IMG/VR virus record: IMGVR_UViG_3300028048_000051
Span: 47,843-111,842 of that record
Origin: a virus
Taxonomy: Duplodnaviria > Heunggongvirae > Uroviricota > Caudoviricetes
DNA: 64,000 nt
Direction: 5' to 3' (one strand)
The notes below the pieces were generated by a model, which worked only from the letters and a program-made list of their open reading frames with translations, was not told the DNA's origin and did no database searches. The position numbers were made by a program, and so were the translations under genes. Each line of letters begins with the position of its first letter. Position 1 is the stretch's first letter. Positions 39,031 through 48,989 of this stretch are shown here, in pieces.

Positions 39031-42000
39031 TGGTAGACATTCCGAAAATATCACAACGCAGCATAATAGCGTTTTGTGATTGTCATGATGTACATGATGC
39101 AACGCCTGTGTGGGTAGAGGTAGCTGTTAGAGAGGCTCTGAACGTCACAGCACTTACACCGGTGACATTGCGCGTCAATGGACAGACGACATCTGTCATC
39201 AGAGAAGGCCAGAGCGATGCCGATGGTACTTCTATCCAAGGCATAAGAATCAGAGTTGTGGATTCAGCGGTCAAAGTTGACGCCTATTACTCCAGTACAC
39301 AAGGCACAGGAGTATCTTTCGGATATTACGATTCAGGAAGTTTTATACTGTCGGTTTCCACTGCTGGAGATGCCGAGAGCGGAATTGAAGGTTCTTCCGT
39401 GGAGTATACTATAAATGTATTATTACTTGGAAAGGACTGGCCATACGCAAATCAGGGTTTTATTCTGCTGAGAGCAGGAAGCAAGGTGTCGAAGCATTAT
39501 ATTGTACCCGAACGGCATGCTGCCGAATGGTCAGATATCGGCGCCAATACAGGGTATAGCGTCAGTGCACCTGGGGGAGGAGAGTGTGTAGTTTCCCAGG
39601 TCAAAGTGGATAGTGATTTTGCACAAAGCGGCCTGACACTTCGAGTAGAAACAGAAGGAGAAGGAGACACTATACCAAATGTATGGATATACGGAACGGC
39701 ACAACGCCCAGGTATATATCGTGTGGTCCTAAACGCCACCAGTACTGTCCCACAAGCCTATGAACAGTATCATCCTTTTTGGGGCGGAGACGGCACCGCC
39801 ATTATATGCATCTGCATCTACGAACCGTACCAGCCGGGAAATGTGGTAGTAACATTACCACAGAAAGCAGCCACACCGAGTAAAGACACCGTTAAGGTTA
39901 AGGTTGCGCCGAATTTGGGCGTTGATGGATGGGAAGAACAGCTGGTAAAGGCTGATTTCAAGAGGTTCACCACTACCACTTATGACCACTGGAGTGCAAT
40001 TGTAAAAGAATCGAACATCAGGGATTGGTACTTCAGGTTTTGTCTGGATAATGGTACATGGCATCTTTATGGTTTTATGTTCAGAAACACCGCGGTTTCT
40101 CAACTGGAGACAATGACCGTAGAGGAGATAGAGGAGTTAGCCGAGGTTGAAAAATACGCAGAACTTGCCACGGCAAACGGGAGAGGTTTTCATGATGAAC
40201 AACCGCCAAAACAAGGATGGGACATTAACGGAAATATCCCATTAGCCGTGTGTGGAGATTCGTCCTACTATATCCCGCCAGATGTAGATGCTGCCAATGG
40301 CGGTTGGTATGACTATGCCGGAGATATTGATGGTAAACAGGTATATGAACGGCATATTCACTATGTTCAGGCACCCAGCGGATGGAATTATGGCGGAAGT
40401 ATCGGCTTGGGCATACGATATCTGGCATATATATCGGGCAAATGGCGAATTTCAACATCTCCAAACATGGTAGTGACATCAGAAACCAATGCTCCGGCAA
40501 AAACCAGACAAGGCGTTTGTGTTCCTTTCTGTCCTGGGAAAAAAGGCGATTTTGGTTCATTAATACCGGCAAACGGAGGTGATGCTTTCCATAGCCTCGC
40601 CAATCAGTTCGCCAATACTGACATACTGCGCGTAGTAATGGATGAAATAGCTGGAGCCCAGTGGGAATATTACCCCATGCGCAGACTGTTGTCTCTCTTT
40701 AAGACTGGTGCTACGCTTACCATATCTTTGGAAATTACCGATGAGGCAAAAACAGAGATGTATGGAACTGATATGATGGACTACTGGGGACCATTAAATG
40801 ATGATTTTCCCTCTGGTGAGCCGAGCGTCTCCGACCTGCAGACAGCTACAGATCGTCAAATACTGGTAGGTCAAAAGGAAAACCATGAAACACTGTCGTT
40901 CGGCACACGTTCGGTAGGCTCTGCCAGTATAGAATTGCCATTATCCTATGCGGTCTGGAACACACAACGGCTGCTAACCGAATTATGTAATATAACATCT
41001 TCTGGTACGCTGTCAGGTAATCTGGAACGCTTCTACAAACAATCTGTAGAGCACAGTACAGAACATAAGATATACAAGCTATGCAGACCAGAGGATGACC
41101 CTCCATATGATACAGACGACTATGCCTATGAATGGCACCTTACTGGCGGAGAGGGTTTTGGAACACAAACACTTCAGAGAGTCAACTCCAACACAGGAGA
41201 GTTTTTTAATCAAACGGTTGCGGATACCTTTAGTGTACCGAGTAACGATGTAATCCACGGCGAGGGTACCATTACCTGGCAAAGAAATGGCTCATCAGGT
41301 TCCTATCCTCATCCATTACCGATTACACTGCCATCGTATATCATTAATACCGGATCGGCGTCAGGCCACCCTTCAGGATATTTAGAAGTTACCGCAATAT
41401 GTCCTGGTGTTGAAGGACACGGGGAAACGTCAGCTTTCCGGCAGGTGTCCCTTATTCCTGGAGCAACTACTTGCACTACATCGCTTTCAGGTACTTCCAG
41501 TTATAATGATGGCTACGGCACCACAGATACGGTAACCTGGAACGGAGCATTCACTGCGACAGTGACACAGATAGCTAAGACTCCATGGCCGTGGATTGAC
41601 CCGGGTCCTGCGTACGATAACCTGATCGGCTGGCAAGTGTTCGCTGCGGAGGAAGCTGTAGCTAATTCATCAATGATCGGAGAGTGGTCAGTAGATGTTT
41701 CAACTATATCCGGGGGTACTATACAAGGCAAAGGCCGGATGTTCGTAGGCGAAGGACGCGACAGTGACGACCCACATCGTTGTATCACCTTGGCTGCTGC
41801 AGCGGATATTAATTTTGGTGGCACCATTGAAATTCCCAGTGGCAACACTACGCTTGAAACTACAATTGAGCAGACGTCTCAGGATGAACGTCGTAATAGA
41901 GATAATCCAGAAGCTGATTGGGTTTACACCGGACGCACACCAGACGGTGAGGCTGTCACAGAAGATACATGGGAAGAGGTATACACATCAACGCAGAGCG

Positions 42001-42422
42001 AAACAGTGCCTTATGACACAACTGCTCAAGCAATTGGTGGACAACATGGCACAGCCACTGGACTGGCCAAATATCTTCTGACAACTTTGATTGCCGCAGG
42101 AGGGAGCGTACAGGGGAGAGCATTCGACCGTTATATGGTCGGCAGTGCGAACGGAGAATATACCGTTATGGAGACCAGTGAAAGCGGCACTTCGTATAAC
42201 TACAATAAAACCGGTACCTTATCATCCGGGTACTCTTCTGCTTCATGTTTGCCGACATCAGACACCGAGGTGGTAATAGTAGGTGACGATCCCAGAGACA
42301 TGTCACTGGAAAGGACAGCTCCGGCAGATCAGCATGTCGAAAATGCCTGGGGTAGACTGACCTTGACTGAACATATTATGAGATTTAACTTCCAGGTCAA
42401 TGTAACCACACAAGCAGATTAA
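39030..42422 (+). CDS. putative tail fibre/receptor-binding protein
   Basis: 1130 aa, rich in Thr/Ser/Gly/Tyr/Trp, last gene of the tail module, with an Ig-like motif IYGTAQRPGIYRVVLNATS; somewhat lower GC than core genes. Confidence 0.55.
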   Translation: MVDIPKISQRSIIAFCDCHDVHDATPVWVEVAVREALNVTALTPVTLRVNGQTTSVIREGQSDADGTSIQGIRIRVVDSAVKVDAYYSSTQGTGVSFGYYDSGSFILSVSTAGDAESGIEGSSVEYTINVLLLGKDWPYANQGFILLRAGSKVSKHYIVPERHAAEWSDIGANTGYSVSAPGGGECVVSQVKVDSDFAQSGLTLRVETEGEGDTIPNVWIYGTAQRPGIYRVVLNATSTVPQAYEQYHPFWGGDGTAIICICIYEPYQPGNVVVTLPQKAATPSKDTVKVKVAPNLGVDGWEEQLVKADFKRFTTTTYDHWSAIVKESNIRDWYFRFCLDNGTWHLYGFMFRNTAVSQLETMTVEEIEELAEVEKYAELATANGRGFHDEQPPKQGWDINGNIPLAVCGDSSYYIPPDVDAANGGWYDYAGDIDGKQVYERHIHYVQAPSGWNYGGSIGLGIRYLAYISGKWRISTSPNMVVTSETNAPAKTRQGVCVPFCPGKKGDFGSLIPANGGDAFHSLANQFANTDILRVVMDEIAGAQWEYYPMRRLLSLFKTGATLTISLEITDEAKTEMYGTDMMDYWGPLNDDFPSGEPSVSDLQTATDRQILVGQKENHETLSFGTRSVGSASIELPLSYAVWNTQRLLTELCNITSSGTLSGNLERFYKQSVEHSTEHKIYKLCRPEDDPPYDTDDYAYEWHLTGGEGFGTQTLQRVNSNTGEFFNQTVADTFSVPSNDVIHGEGTITWQRNGSSGSYPHPLPITLPSYIINTGSASGHPSGYLEVTAICPGVEGHGETSAFRQVSLIPGATTCTTSLSGTSSYNDGYGTTDTVTWNGAFTATVTQIAKTPWPWIDPGPAYDNLIGWQVFAAEEAVANSSMIGEWSVDVSTISGGTIQGKGRMFVGEGRDSDDPHRCITLAAAADINFGGTIEIPSGNTTLETTIEQTSQDERRNRDNPEADWVYTGRTPDGEAVTEDTWEEVYTSTQSETVPYDTTAQAIGGQHGTATGLAKYLLTTLIAAGGSVQGRAFDRYMVGSANGEYTVMETSESGTSYNYNKTGTLSSGYSSASCLPTSDTEVVIVGDDPRDMSLERTAPADQHVENAWGRLTLTEHIMRFNFQVNVTTQAD

Positions 42423-42573
42423 TATTTCTATAAACACCCACTTTCCAGCAACACACATACTTATATAAGACGAGTTAAAGAACGTCTTCGAGGTTCACTA
42501 CCCTGAAAGCCTAAAAAATAATTCCGGCGCTATTGTATTGTAAATACTCGCAATACAATCAGGAGTTGTATCT

Positions 42574-43296
42574 ATGACATTCGGTTGCCACAGCTGCGGC
42601 GTAGACTTGACCAAATATGCCTCATACGAGGAAAGTCCTTGCGCCACTTGCCGACTTAACAAAGAATCCTACGTCGGCCATCCCATAAAAATGTTTGAGA
42701 GTCTAGAAACTGCCGAGGAGGCCGGACAACTCGACAACATCGTCAATCAGGAAGATCCACTGTCAGATGTTGATTACGATCTCGCAACACTTAATCTGAT
42801 GAAACAGGTTTGTGAGGAACAACTTTTGACCGTGGCCAGCAGTGTAGTACTCAAAATGCTGTCGCTGGCAAAGAAACATCCGGTGATGGTGGAGGTGGTA
42901 CTGAAAAAACTCCAGTATCCTCATATGAGTTACTCGGCCATCGGTGCCAGTCTCACAAAACCGTGCCTGAAGCAGAATATTCTACACCACCTGAAGATGG
43001 CGGTAAAAATATTCCCAGAGATCAGCAAAGCGCTCATAACCGACACCAGGAGCAACGGAGGGCATTACGCGCTGCGCACGGTGGAGGATGACGAGAAACT
43101 GAAGACAGCCAAAAACCGCCTCAAGGAAATCATATACGGCAATGATAGAGAATTGCAGGCGATGACCATGAGGGAGATCAACAACATCTTCAAGGCGCCG
43201 AAAGACGGCGAAATCGACATTCCTGACTTCGACCTGTATACCAAGCACGACAACGACGAGGAGGACACGGAAGATGGAACTGACGATCAGGATTGA
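42574..43296 (+). CDS. hypothetical protein with N-terminal Cys cluster and possible HTH
   Basis: CHSC...CATC; YPHMSYSAIGASL...KQNILHHLK; AGGAG RBS. Confidence 0.55.
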   Translation: MTFGCHSCGVDLTKYASYEESPCATCRLNKESYVGHPIKMFESLETAEEAGQLDNIVNQEDPLSDVDYDLATLNLMKQVCEEQLLTVASSVVLKMLSLAKKHPVMVEVVLKKLQYPHMSYSAIGASLTKPCLKQNILHHLKMAVKIFPEISKALITDTRSNGGHYALRTVEDDEKLKTAKNRLKEIIYGNDRELQAMTMREINNIFKAPKDGEIDIPDFDLYTKHDNDEEDTEDGTDDQD

Positions 43297-44398
43297 TCCC
43301 GAGGTCTACAAACTCACCGGCCATCTGTTGGTAAACGCCATGCTGCATGGTCAGTTGAGTATAGAACGTTTCGTCCGTATGCTCACTCCGGCAGACCCGT
43401 TGGTATTGATCGACAATACCGTATATGCTCTGACCCCCACCGAATTTTATTCCTTACAGCGCCGGGAGGTATATCGGCAGCTCTCGCAAACGGCCTTCCA
43501 ATACTTGGTGGACAACGTGGAGAAATTTGGGTTGCCGGAGGCTGAGAAAATCTATATACTGGACGTGCGAAAAAGACTTCCCGGGTGCCCGGCTTGCGAG
43601 TACAGGCGTTATCGCGATGCGGTAAGCAATATCATGCACAGGTACTCGATACATTTACCTGCAGGCCTCATGGAAAACGAACAACCTGAATTGCCTTACT
43701 CTCAGGCAGAATATCCGAAGACCAGTGGAGAGATTATATGCAAAGTAGGCGATAAACTGTTGGAGCTGTATCACCAGTCTGCGGTAGAACGGCGGCCATG
43801 TCTTGATTGTGTTGAGAAACACGTCATGCAGGCTCGTATACTGGCCAACGAGTCGTTGATGGGATATCCTGAACATCTGGCTCTTGCGTGCGGGCATTTG
43901 GAAGAGGCGCTTGCGGAATTGCCTCCCAAGGCTGATGCATTACGGCAGACTCTGCAATTCTGTCTGGCAAAAACCAACTTCGAAAAACTCCCGTTCATTC
44001 CGGTAGGACTGCTCATGCCGTTATTGGAACTGTTGCGACAGAGGGGCGATCTTGCGGACAATACAACAAAGACACCAGTCCGCGATATACCGGCTACGCT
44101 GGAGTTGGACTGCACTCAGGATGTAAAAAAAGAGTTGGCAGCACTGGATTGGCGCAGTACCGATGTTCTCAAGCGAAGGTTGACACTGGCGGACAAGATG
44201 GCGATGTCCACCGCGAAGCAGTATTATCGTGAAGAATGGGAAGGATTGGTCGCCACCGCGGCGGAAGCCATCGTCGAATTGGCTCCCAAGGCTGCCAACG
44301 TACTGAGGAACCGCCGTTTGATGTTTATAGGTGCTCCGGAACTTTCAAGGGATGCCGGATACTCGATGGCCGATTTTTTGACAGCACTCAGGAAATAA
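43274..44398 (+). CDS. hypothetical protein with CxxC motifs
   Basis: 374 aa; CPAC and PCLDCVEKH...GYPEH...GHL. Confidence 0.65.
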   Translation: MELTIRIDPEVYKLTGHLLVNAMLHGQLSIERFVRMLTPADPLVLIDNTVYALTPTEFYSLQRREVYRQLSQTAFQYLVDNVEKFGLPEAEKIYILDVRKRLPGCPACEYRRYRDAVSNIMHRYSIHLPAGLMENEQPELPYSQAEYPKTSGEIICKVGDKLLELYHQSAVERRPCLDCVEKHVMQARILANESLMGYPEHLALACGHLEEALAELPPKADALRQTLQFCLAKTNFEKLPFIPVGLLMPLLELLRQRGDLADNTTKTPVRDIPATLELDCTQDVKKELAALDWRSTDVLKRRLTLADKMAMSTAKQYYREEWEGLVATAAEAIVELAPKAANVLRNRRLMFIGAPELSRDAGYSMADFLTALRK

Positions 44399-44765
44399 CG
44401 ATAGTGCTTTCAGTGTCGTCCAGTTCCGAGAACTCGTTGTATTCTCGCATCAGATGGCGTAAATCGGCAACAATACGTGAAGTAAGACACTCTACAGGAG
44501 TCGGGGTATCGAAGATCATTTCGATCTCGTTGGTACGGAAATAACTGTAATCCAGTGTCTCTTCAGTGGGAAATTCCAGTAATTCCGATGGATGGCACAC
44601 GTGGGAGAAACGATAATGGGAACAGGTAGGATCAGCGGAACCTGGAAGTATCTCGATGGCGAACACGTCTGAAGTCATTTCCTCTCCGATTGCGGTGAAA
44701 GTCACCAGCGTGGTGCCGTTATCGGTTATTTTTATCGCGCGTTTGAGGGACAATGAGGCTGACAT
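44388..44765 (-). CDS. hypothetical protein
   Basis: 125-aa ORF with protein-like composition, paired with the next minus-strand ORF. Confidence 0.6.
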   Translation of the reverse strand: MSASLSLKRAIKITDNGTTLVTFTAIGEEMTSDVFAIEILPGSADPTCSHYRFSHVCHPSELLEFPTEETLDYSYFRTNEIEMIFDTPTPVECLTSRIVADLRHLMREYNEFSELDDTESTIVIS

Positions 44766-44777
44766 GACGAAAATCTC

Positions 44778-45017
44778 CTATTCTACCAGTATACCGCCGA
44801 TTATCACCGGCAACCGGGAAAATTTGCGTATGAAATCACTAAATTCCGGATCATTGCGGTATTTCGTGGCCGCGGTACACAACATTGCATGAATATTGAC
44901 ATTTTTATGGCCACAGGTGCCGCAACGTTTCAAAGCCGCTGACGCGGCGGCTATCATAGGAAATTGACGCGGTGCGGCATCGAGCAGATACTGCTCCGCA
45001 GGATTAAACACGAACAT
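44778..45017 (-). CDS. small hypothetical protein (CxxC)
   Basis: GAGGT RBS; RCGTCGH motif; start at 45017 (ATG) or 45026 (GTG). Confidence 0.5.
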   Translation of the reverse strand: MFVFNPAEQYLLDAAPRQFPMIAAASAALKRCGTCGHKNVNIHAMLCTAATKYRNDPEFSDFIRKFSRLPVIIGGILVE

Positions 45018-45051
45018 ATGCAACACACCTCAGTATAAGGATTCAACAGTT

Positions 45052-45993
45052 ATGGATACTCTGCACGCTTCCTGTTTTGCCTATCCAGGTGCCAGAAAAT
45101 ACCCCGTGCACACCAAGGAAGCCGCCCTCGTTTCGTACTCCTCATACCTGCGGGAGAAGAACACCATTGCACCGGAACAACTGCCGGTGATCGAGGAAAA
45201 CTTCAATAAAGCGGCGGCGTATCACGACCTCGACTTGAATGCCATCAGAGAGGCCAAACGCCTGTTGCTGGAGAAGAAAGCCGCGGAAAAGGCCGGCGAA
45301 ATGCTGAATTTCAGTGCCGACGACGTCGAAATCAGCCTCAACAAGATCGCATCAGAGGATCAGATAGATCCGGCGATAAAGATTTTGCTTGAAAAACGTG
45401 CTTCCCTGTCCAGAAAAGCGTTGAAAGAGCCTGCTTTGTATGTGTATGGTGTGGCCGTGACGGCCGGTCGCGATACGGATACCGTCGAAATGCGCAAATT
45501 GGCGGCATTGGCCGGCATCGGAGTGGGTGACCAGGACGAAATCGAGCACGAATTGCTCAAAAGAGGTTCTTTGATCGTCATTCCGAACGATGCTCGCGCG
45601 AGTTTTTACGAAATGCATCGAAATTTGAGCAAAATGGCCTCCGGAGACTTCTACAAACAGGAAAATCTGGAGAAAATCTGCTCATTTTTCGAGGAAATGG
45701 ACAAAACTTACGGTCTTGAGCGTTTCTACGGCAGTGAAATCAGTCGTCCTGAAGACGTGTGCTTCAAAAACGGGGTGGATGACCTACTGAAAGAGGCTTC
45801 AGATCTCTTCACCATCGATTCTTTGGAGACTACGTTGTCCAAAAAAGCCCTTCTGGAGCGTCGTGAAGCGGTTAAATCCTTCTTTTCCACCCACTTCAAG
45901 GACGCGAAGGACCTTACCGACGACCAATTGATCGAAAAAGTGGCGTCGTTGAACGCGGAAGAGGCAAAAATATTCCTCGATCAGGTAAAATAA
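45052..45993 (+). CDS. hypothetical protein rich in K-x-A motifs (candidate head protein)
   Basis: KEAA, KAAA, KKAA, KIAS, KRAS, KLAA, KMAS, KEAS and KVAS within 313 aa. Confidence 0.6.
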   Translation: MDTLHASCFAYPGARKYPVHTKEAALVSYSSYLREKNTIAPEQLPVIEENFNKAAAYHDLDLNAIREAKRLLLEKKAAEKAGEMLNFSADDVEISLNKIASEDQIDPAIKILLEKRASLSRKALKEPALYVYGVAVTAGRDTDTVEMRKLAALAGIGVGDQDEIEHELLKRGSLIVIPNDARASFYEMHRNLSKMASGDFYKQENLEKICSFFEEMDKTYGLERFYGSEISRPEDVCFKNGVDDLLKEASDLFTIDSLETTLSKKALLERREAVKSFFSTHFKDAKDLTDDQLIEKVASLNAEEAKIFLDQVK

Positions 45994-46617
45994 ATGGCCT
46001 TGCCGCTCAAAAACAACTGTTTCGTCAGCTCCATCACCGTTTTAGCGCTGAAAACCTTCGGATTGGAGTCCCTGGAATGGGAACCGCGGGTGTTACGCGA
46101 CGCCATGGAGGAGAAATTCGACTTGCAAAAGCTGCCGCAGCGTATTTTTGATAAATTGAACTGCGGTTATATGCTGGTGGGGACTAATGCCTACACTTCC
46201 ACCATCGAAGGTTTCCTTTCTGCCAACGCGGTGATGAACAATCAGTCCTTCGACGAAAACCAGATTCCATTCAACAGCCTGAAAACCTTGGCCTGGGGGG
46301 TTTGGGAATACAGCAACCTGATGGGTGATATCAAAGACGGTGCTCCTACCGAAGAATTTTCCAGTGATATCATCGTATATATCAGAGAGGCTGCAGAACT
46401 TAACGGAGTACGCAAATTTCCTGATTATCTAAAATTTGCGGAAAATCCACACATCGGACTTCCGGACATGGGTACTGATCCTACAGCCATGGAAATGTAC
46501 TTGAATCGACAGCAATCCAACATTAATGACCTGAATGCTTTCATCACCGGAAGACAAACCGCACTGGTCCAAGAATTGACGGAACTCCAGCGACAGGGAT
46601 GGATAGCTGACGAATAG
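45994..46617 (+). CDS. hypothetical protein
   Basis: 207-aa ORF abutting the previous stop (TAAATG). Confidence 0.7.
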   Translation: MALPLKNNCFVSSITVLALKTFGLESLEWEPRVLRDAMEEKFDLQKLPQRIFDKLNCGYMLVGTNAYTSTIEGFLSANAVMNNQSFDENQIPFNSLKTLAWGVWEYSNLMGDIKDGAPTEEFSSDIIVYIREAAELNGVRKFPDYLKFAENPHIGLPDMGTDPTAMEMYLNRQQSNINDLNAFITGRQTALVQELTELQRQGWIADE

Positions 46618-46689
46618 TATGCAGCAAGCTCAAAAACGGCGCTTTTTCAATAAAAAATGCTTAATTTTTGACACTTTTCCGGCATAATA

Positions 46690-46770
46690 TGATGTCGGAA
46701 TTTTAGCCGACCATGTCGGAGTGTTCCGACAGCCTCCCCGACGACTTTCGTCGGGGATTCATTCTTTTTA
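46690..46770 (+). ncRNA. candidate small RNA / terminator cassette with three hairpins
   Basis: Stems 46694-98/46707-11, 46714-20/46725-31 and 46735-44/46748-57, then a T-rich tail; TTGACA (46668) and CATAAT (46683) upstream. Confidence 0.4.
46735..46769 (+). terminator. Rho-independent terminator
   Basis: TCCCCGACGA-ctt-TCGTCGGGGA followed by TTCATTCTTTTT. Confidence 0.75.
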
Positions 46771-46779
46771 CTCACCGCG

Positions 46780-48965
46780 CTTACCAGGATTTTATCCTTG
46801 GGTATAAAATCTATAGTAGTATGTCTTGATCACGTCAGGAGCTGCTCCTGTCACGTAATGTCTGACAATCTCGCAGAAGATAAGACAGTACGTCATTATT
46901 TACGATCATCCCAGCCGGCCACACCAGAGAGCGCGCATGGTGTTCGTTGTTGAAGCACCTCACACCACTGCGACGCATCTCTGGAGTAGCCTCACGGGAT
47001 TGATCGTCACATAAATTCAACGAACTATTTGAGGACATACAGCTGACTGTTGAACATCACATCGTTGCGATGTGAGCTACCTAGAGCTTTATTCACACAT
47101 AGAGATCTAGGTGAAATTATCAGACCACGGTTAGCCCTTAGACTCACAGACAGGCACGGGGATCGCAGGGAACCCAGGATCCCACGTGCCTGTACTGATG
47201 AGTCACACGGGCACACCGTAGTCTGATGATATTTTCACTATAAAGAACAGTCGTAGTTGGTTTGAAATGCTCGTTGTTACGATGAGCCTCAAACACTTCA
47301 TACATAAGAAGTGAAATAAAAGATGTAACCCATGCTACGGCTCGAGGGCGGACGCAAGTCGACCGCCCTCGAGCCACCGCATGCGGGGTAATACATCAAT
47401 TAAAGAAACCACAAAATAAATAACAAATGTCTTGACAAGTCAGCAGTTGCTGTTGACACGCGAATGATGTTATAGCATCATGCAAAGGAGAATCTTACAC
47501 TGCGCCAGCCGTCTAGGAGCGACTCGTGTCGACGCTAGGAGGTCCTCCTCCATGAGCGATCGACACGAGTCGCCCTTTTCCGGCTGGGCAATGGGCGTGG
47601 TCACGCAAGATCCTATTTGAAGACATTATTGTACACTGTTGAAGCTTCAGTTGGTGCAACTGTGTTTGATTCCTATGAAAGGGTGGAGAAAGAGTTGTAG
47701 ACAATAGATACGTCTCTGATACCTTCCTGGAGAGCTCACCTCCTGCCAATCCGAGAAATGGCAGAGAGGAGACCCTCCACGACAGGTATCCCGACGTATC
47801 CAATCTGTTTACATTGAACAGTGTAAAAAAAAAAGTACGTACGTCTTGAATTGCCTGTGGGAGCTACAGGTCTTTAAACATAGAGACACAAGAAATAGAA
47901 CAAAAGAAATCATCTTAAGATCGTACGTCTTCAGGATGATAATCTGGGCGAGGATGCACCAGATTCTAATCCTGAAGAACTCCCGACTCTTAAGAAGCGG
48001 ATCTTTCTTGTATTTGAAGACGTGCACACATAACAGAATAGTCCAGCGATTCGTTGGATAAAATTTTAAGTTGCTGTAGCGTGTTAAACAAGCGTCACGG
48101 CAGAAGACCGCGTCGGATCCAGGACTCTTGCGTTGCTGCATCCTGGATCCGACGTTGATCTTCTTTGATCGTTCCTACTAAGTGTTATGTGTTTTGGTTA
48201 ATGCCTTGAAGTGCCTGTCGTTTCGATGGGCTGACGGTGGAACATAAAACGATGTAAGCTGATTTCACCAACACGCAGGCAGCATACGCTATCGGCTGTT
48301 TGGCGATCACATTCGCCAAACAGCCAGATCACGCTACTGCTGCTCTGCGTGCAATCGGTTCATCTTGAAGGCATAAGTGTGTAACAGAAGATATCATCGC
48401 TGCGGTGATTATTATGTGGGTAAATAACTCATAGAAAACAACATGAGACACTCACTGGGATGCAGCCACCAGGAAGCTCGCGATCGAGCTTCCCCTATGG
48501 TGCATCCCAGTAAACAAAACTACGTCTATGTTCGTAGTGTTACACAAAAGTAGAAACAGCTATAGTATAATATCACAACAGAAATACCTGAGCGTTGCGC
48601 TCAGGACAGTCCTGGTTACGTTGGATGTAAAATCAACGGACACTTAGGACACTTTATTTTGCGGTTTCTCCAGCAGCTGGATTAAACGACTGGTCTTCAG
48701 CTAGTCTGTGAGGACTAGCGTTCCGACTAGTCTATCCGGCTGCTTGGCGAAACACGAAAATACAAGATGTCCGAAGATGTCCGTTAGTGTTGTGATTCAT
48801 CGCATAACAGAAAACGTCGGTGTTGCGCCGGCGAATTTGTCTTGCCTTCTGAAAAGAAAAAAAAACAGACCGACATAGCTAATCCAGCCGGCGGGCATCC
48901 ACCTGGGACACTCGTTCAGAAGTATGAACGAAGTTTACCCAGGTTACTGCCCCGCCGGCTGGACC
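46780..48965. other. non-coding array of long imperfect inverted repeats (hairpin array)
   Basis: About a dozen nested inverted-repeat units with different sequences, with perfect core stems of up to 13-15 bp (47339-51/47363-75; 47519-32/47560-73; 48111-24/48141-54; 48294-306/48313-25; 48883-97/48948-62), separated by A-rich linkers. No credible ORFs. Confidence 0.85.
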
Positions 48966-48989
48966 CGCGACCTTGTACGATCTAAAGTG

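Noticed and set aside
47195-47240. CTGATGA hammerhead-core motifs at 47195 and 47223
   Set aside because: No stem II closed by GAAA follows either motif, and both are paired within the long 47111-47238 hairpin.
46835-48141. Short ORFs of 60-110 aa in the hairpin region
   Set aside because: No RBS, mixed strands, atypical composition; consistent with chance ORFs.
46780-48965. CRISPR array, tRNA cluster, tmRNA or group II intron in the non-coding region
   Set aside because: No repeated unit with spacers, no T-loop/cloverleaf signature, and no tmRNA ends or domain V motif that I could find by eye.
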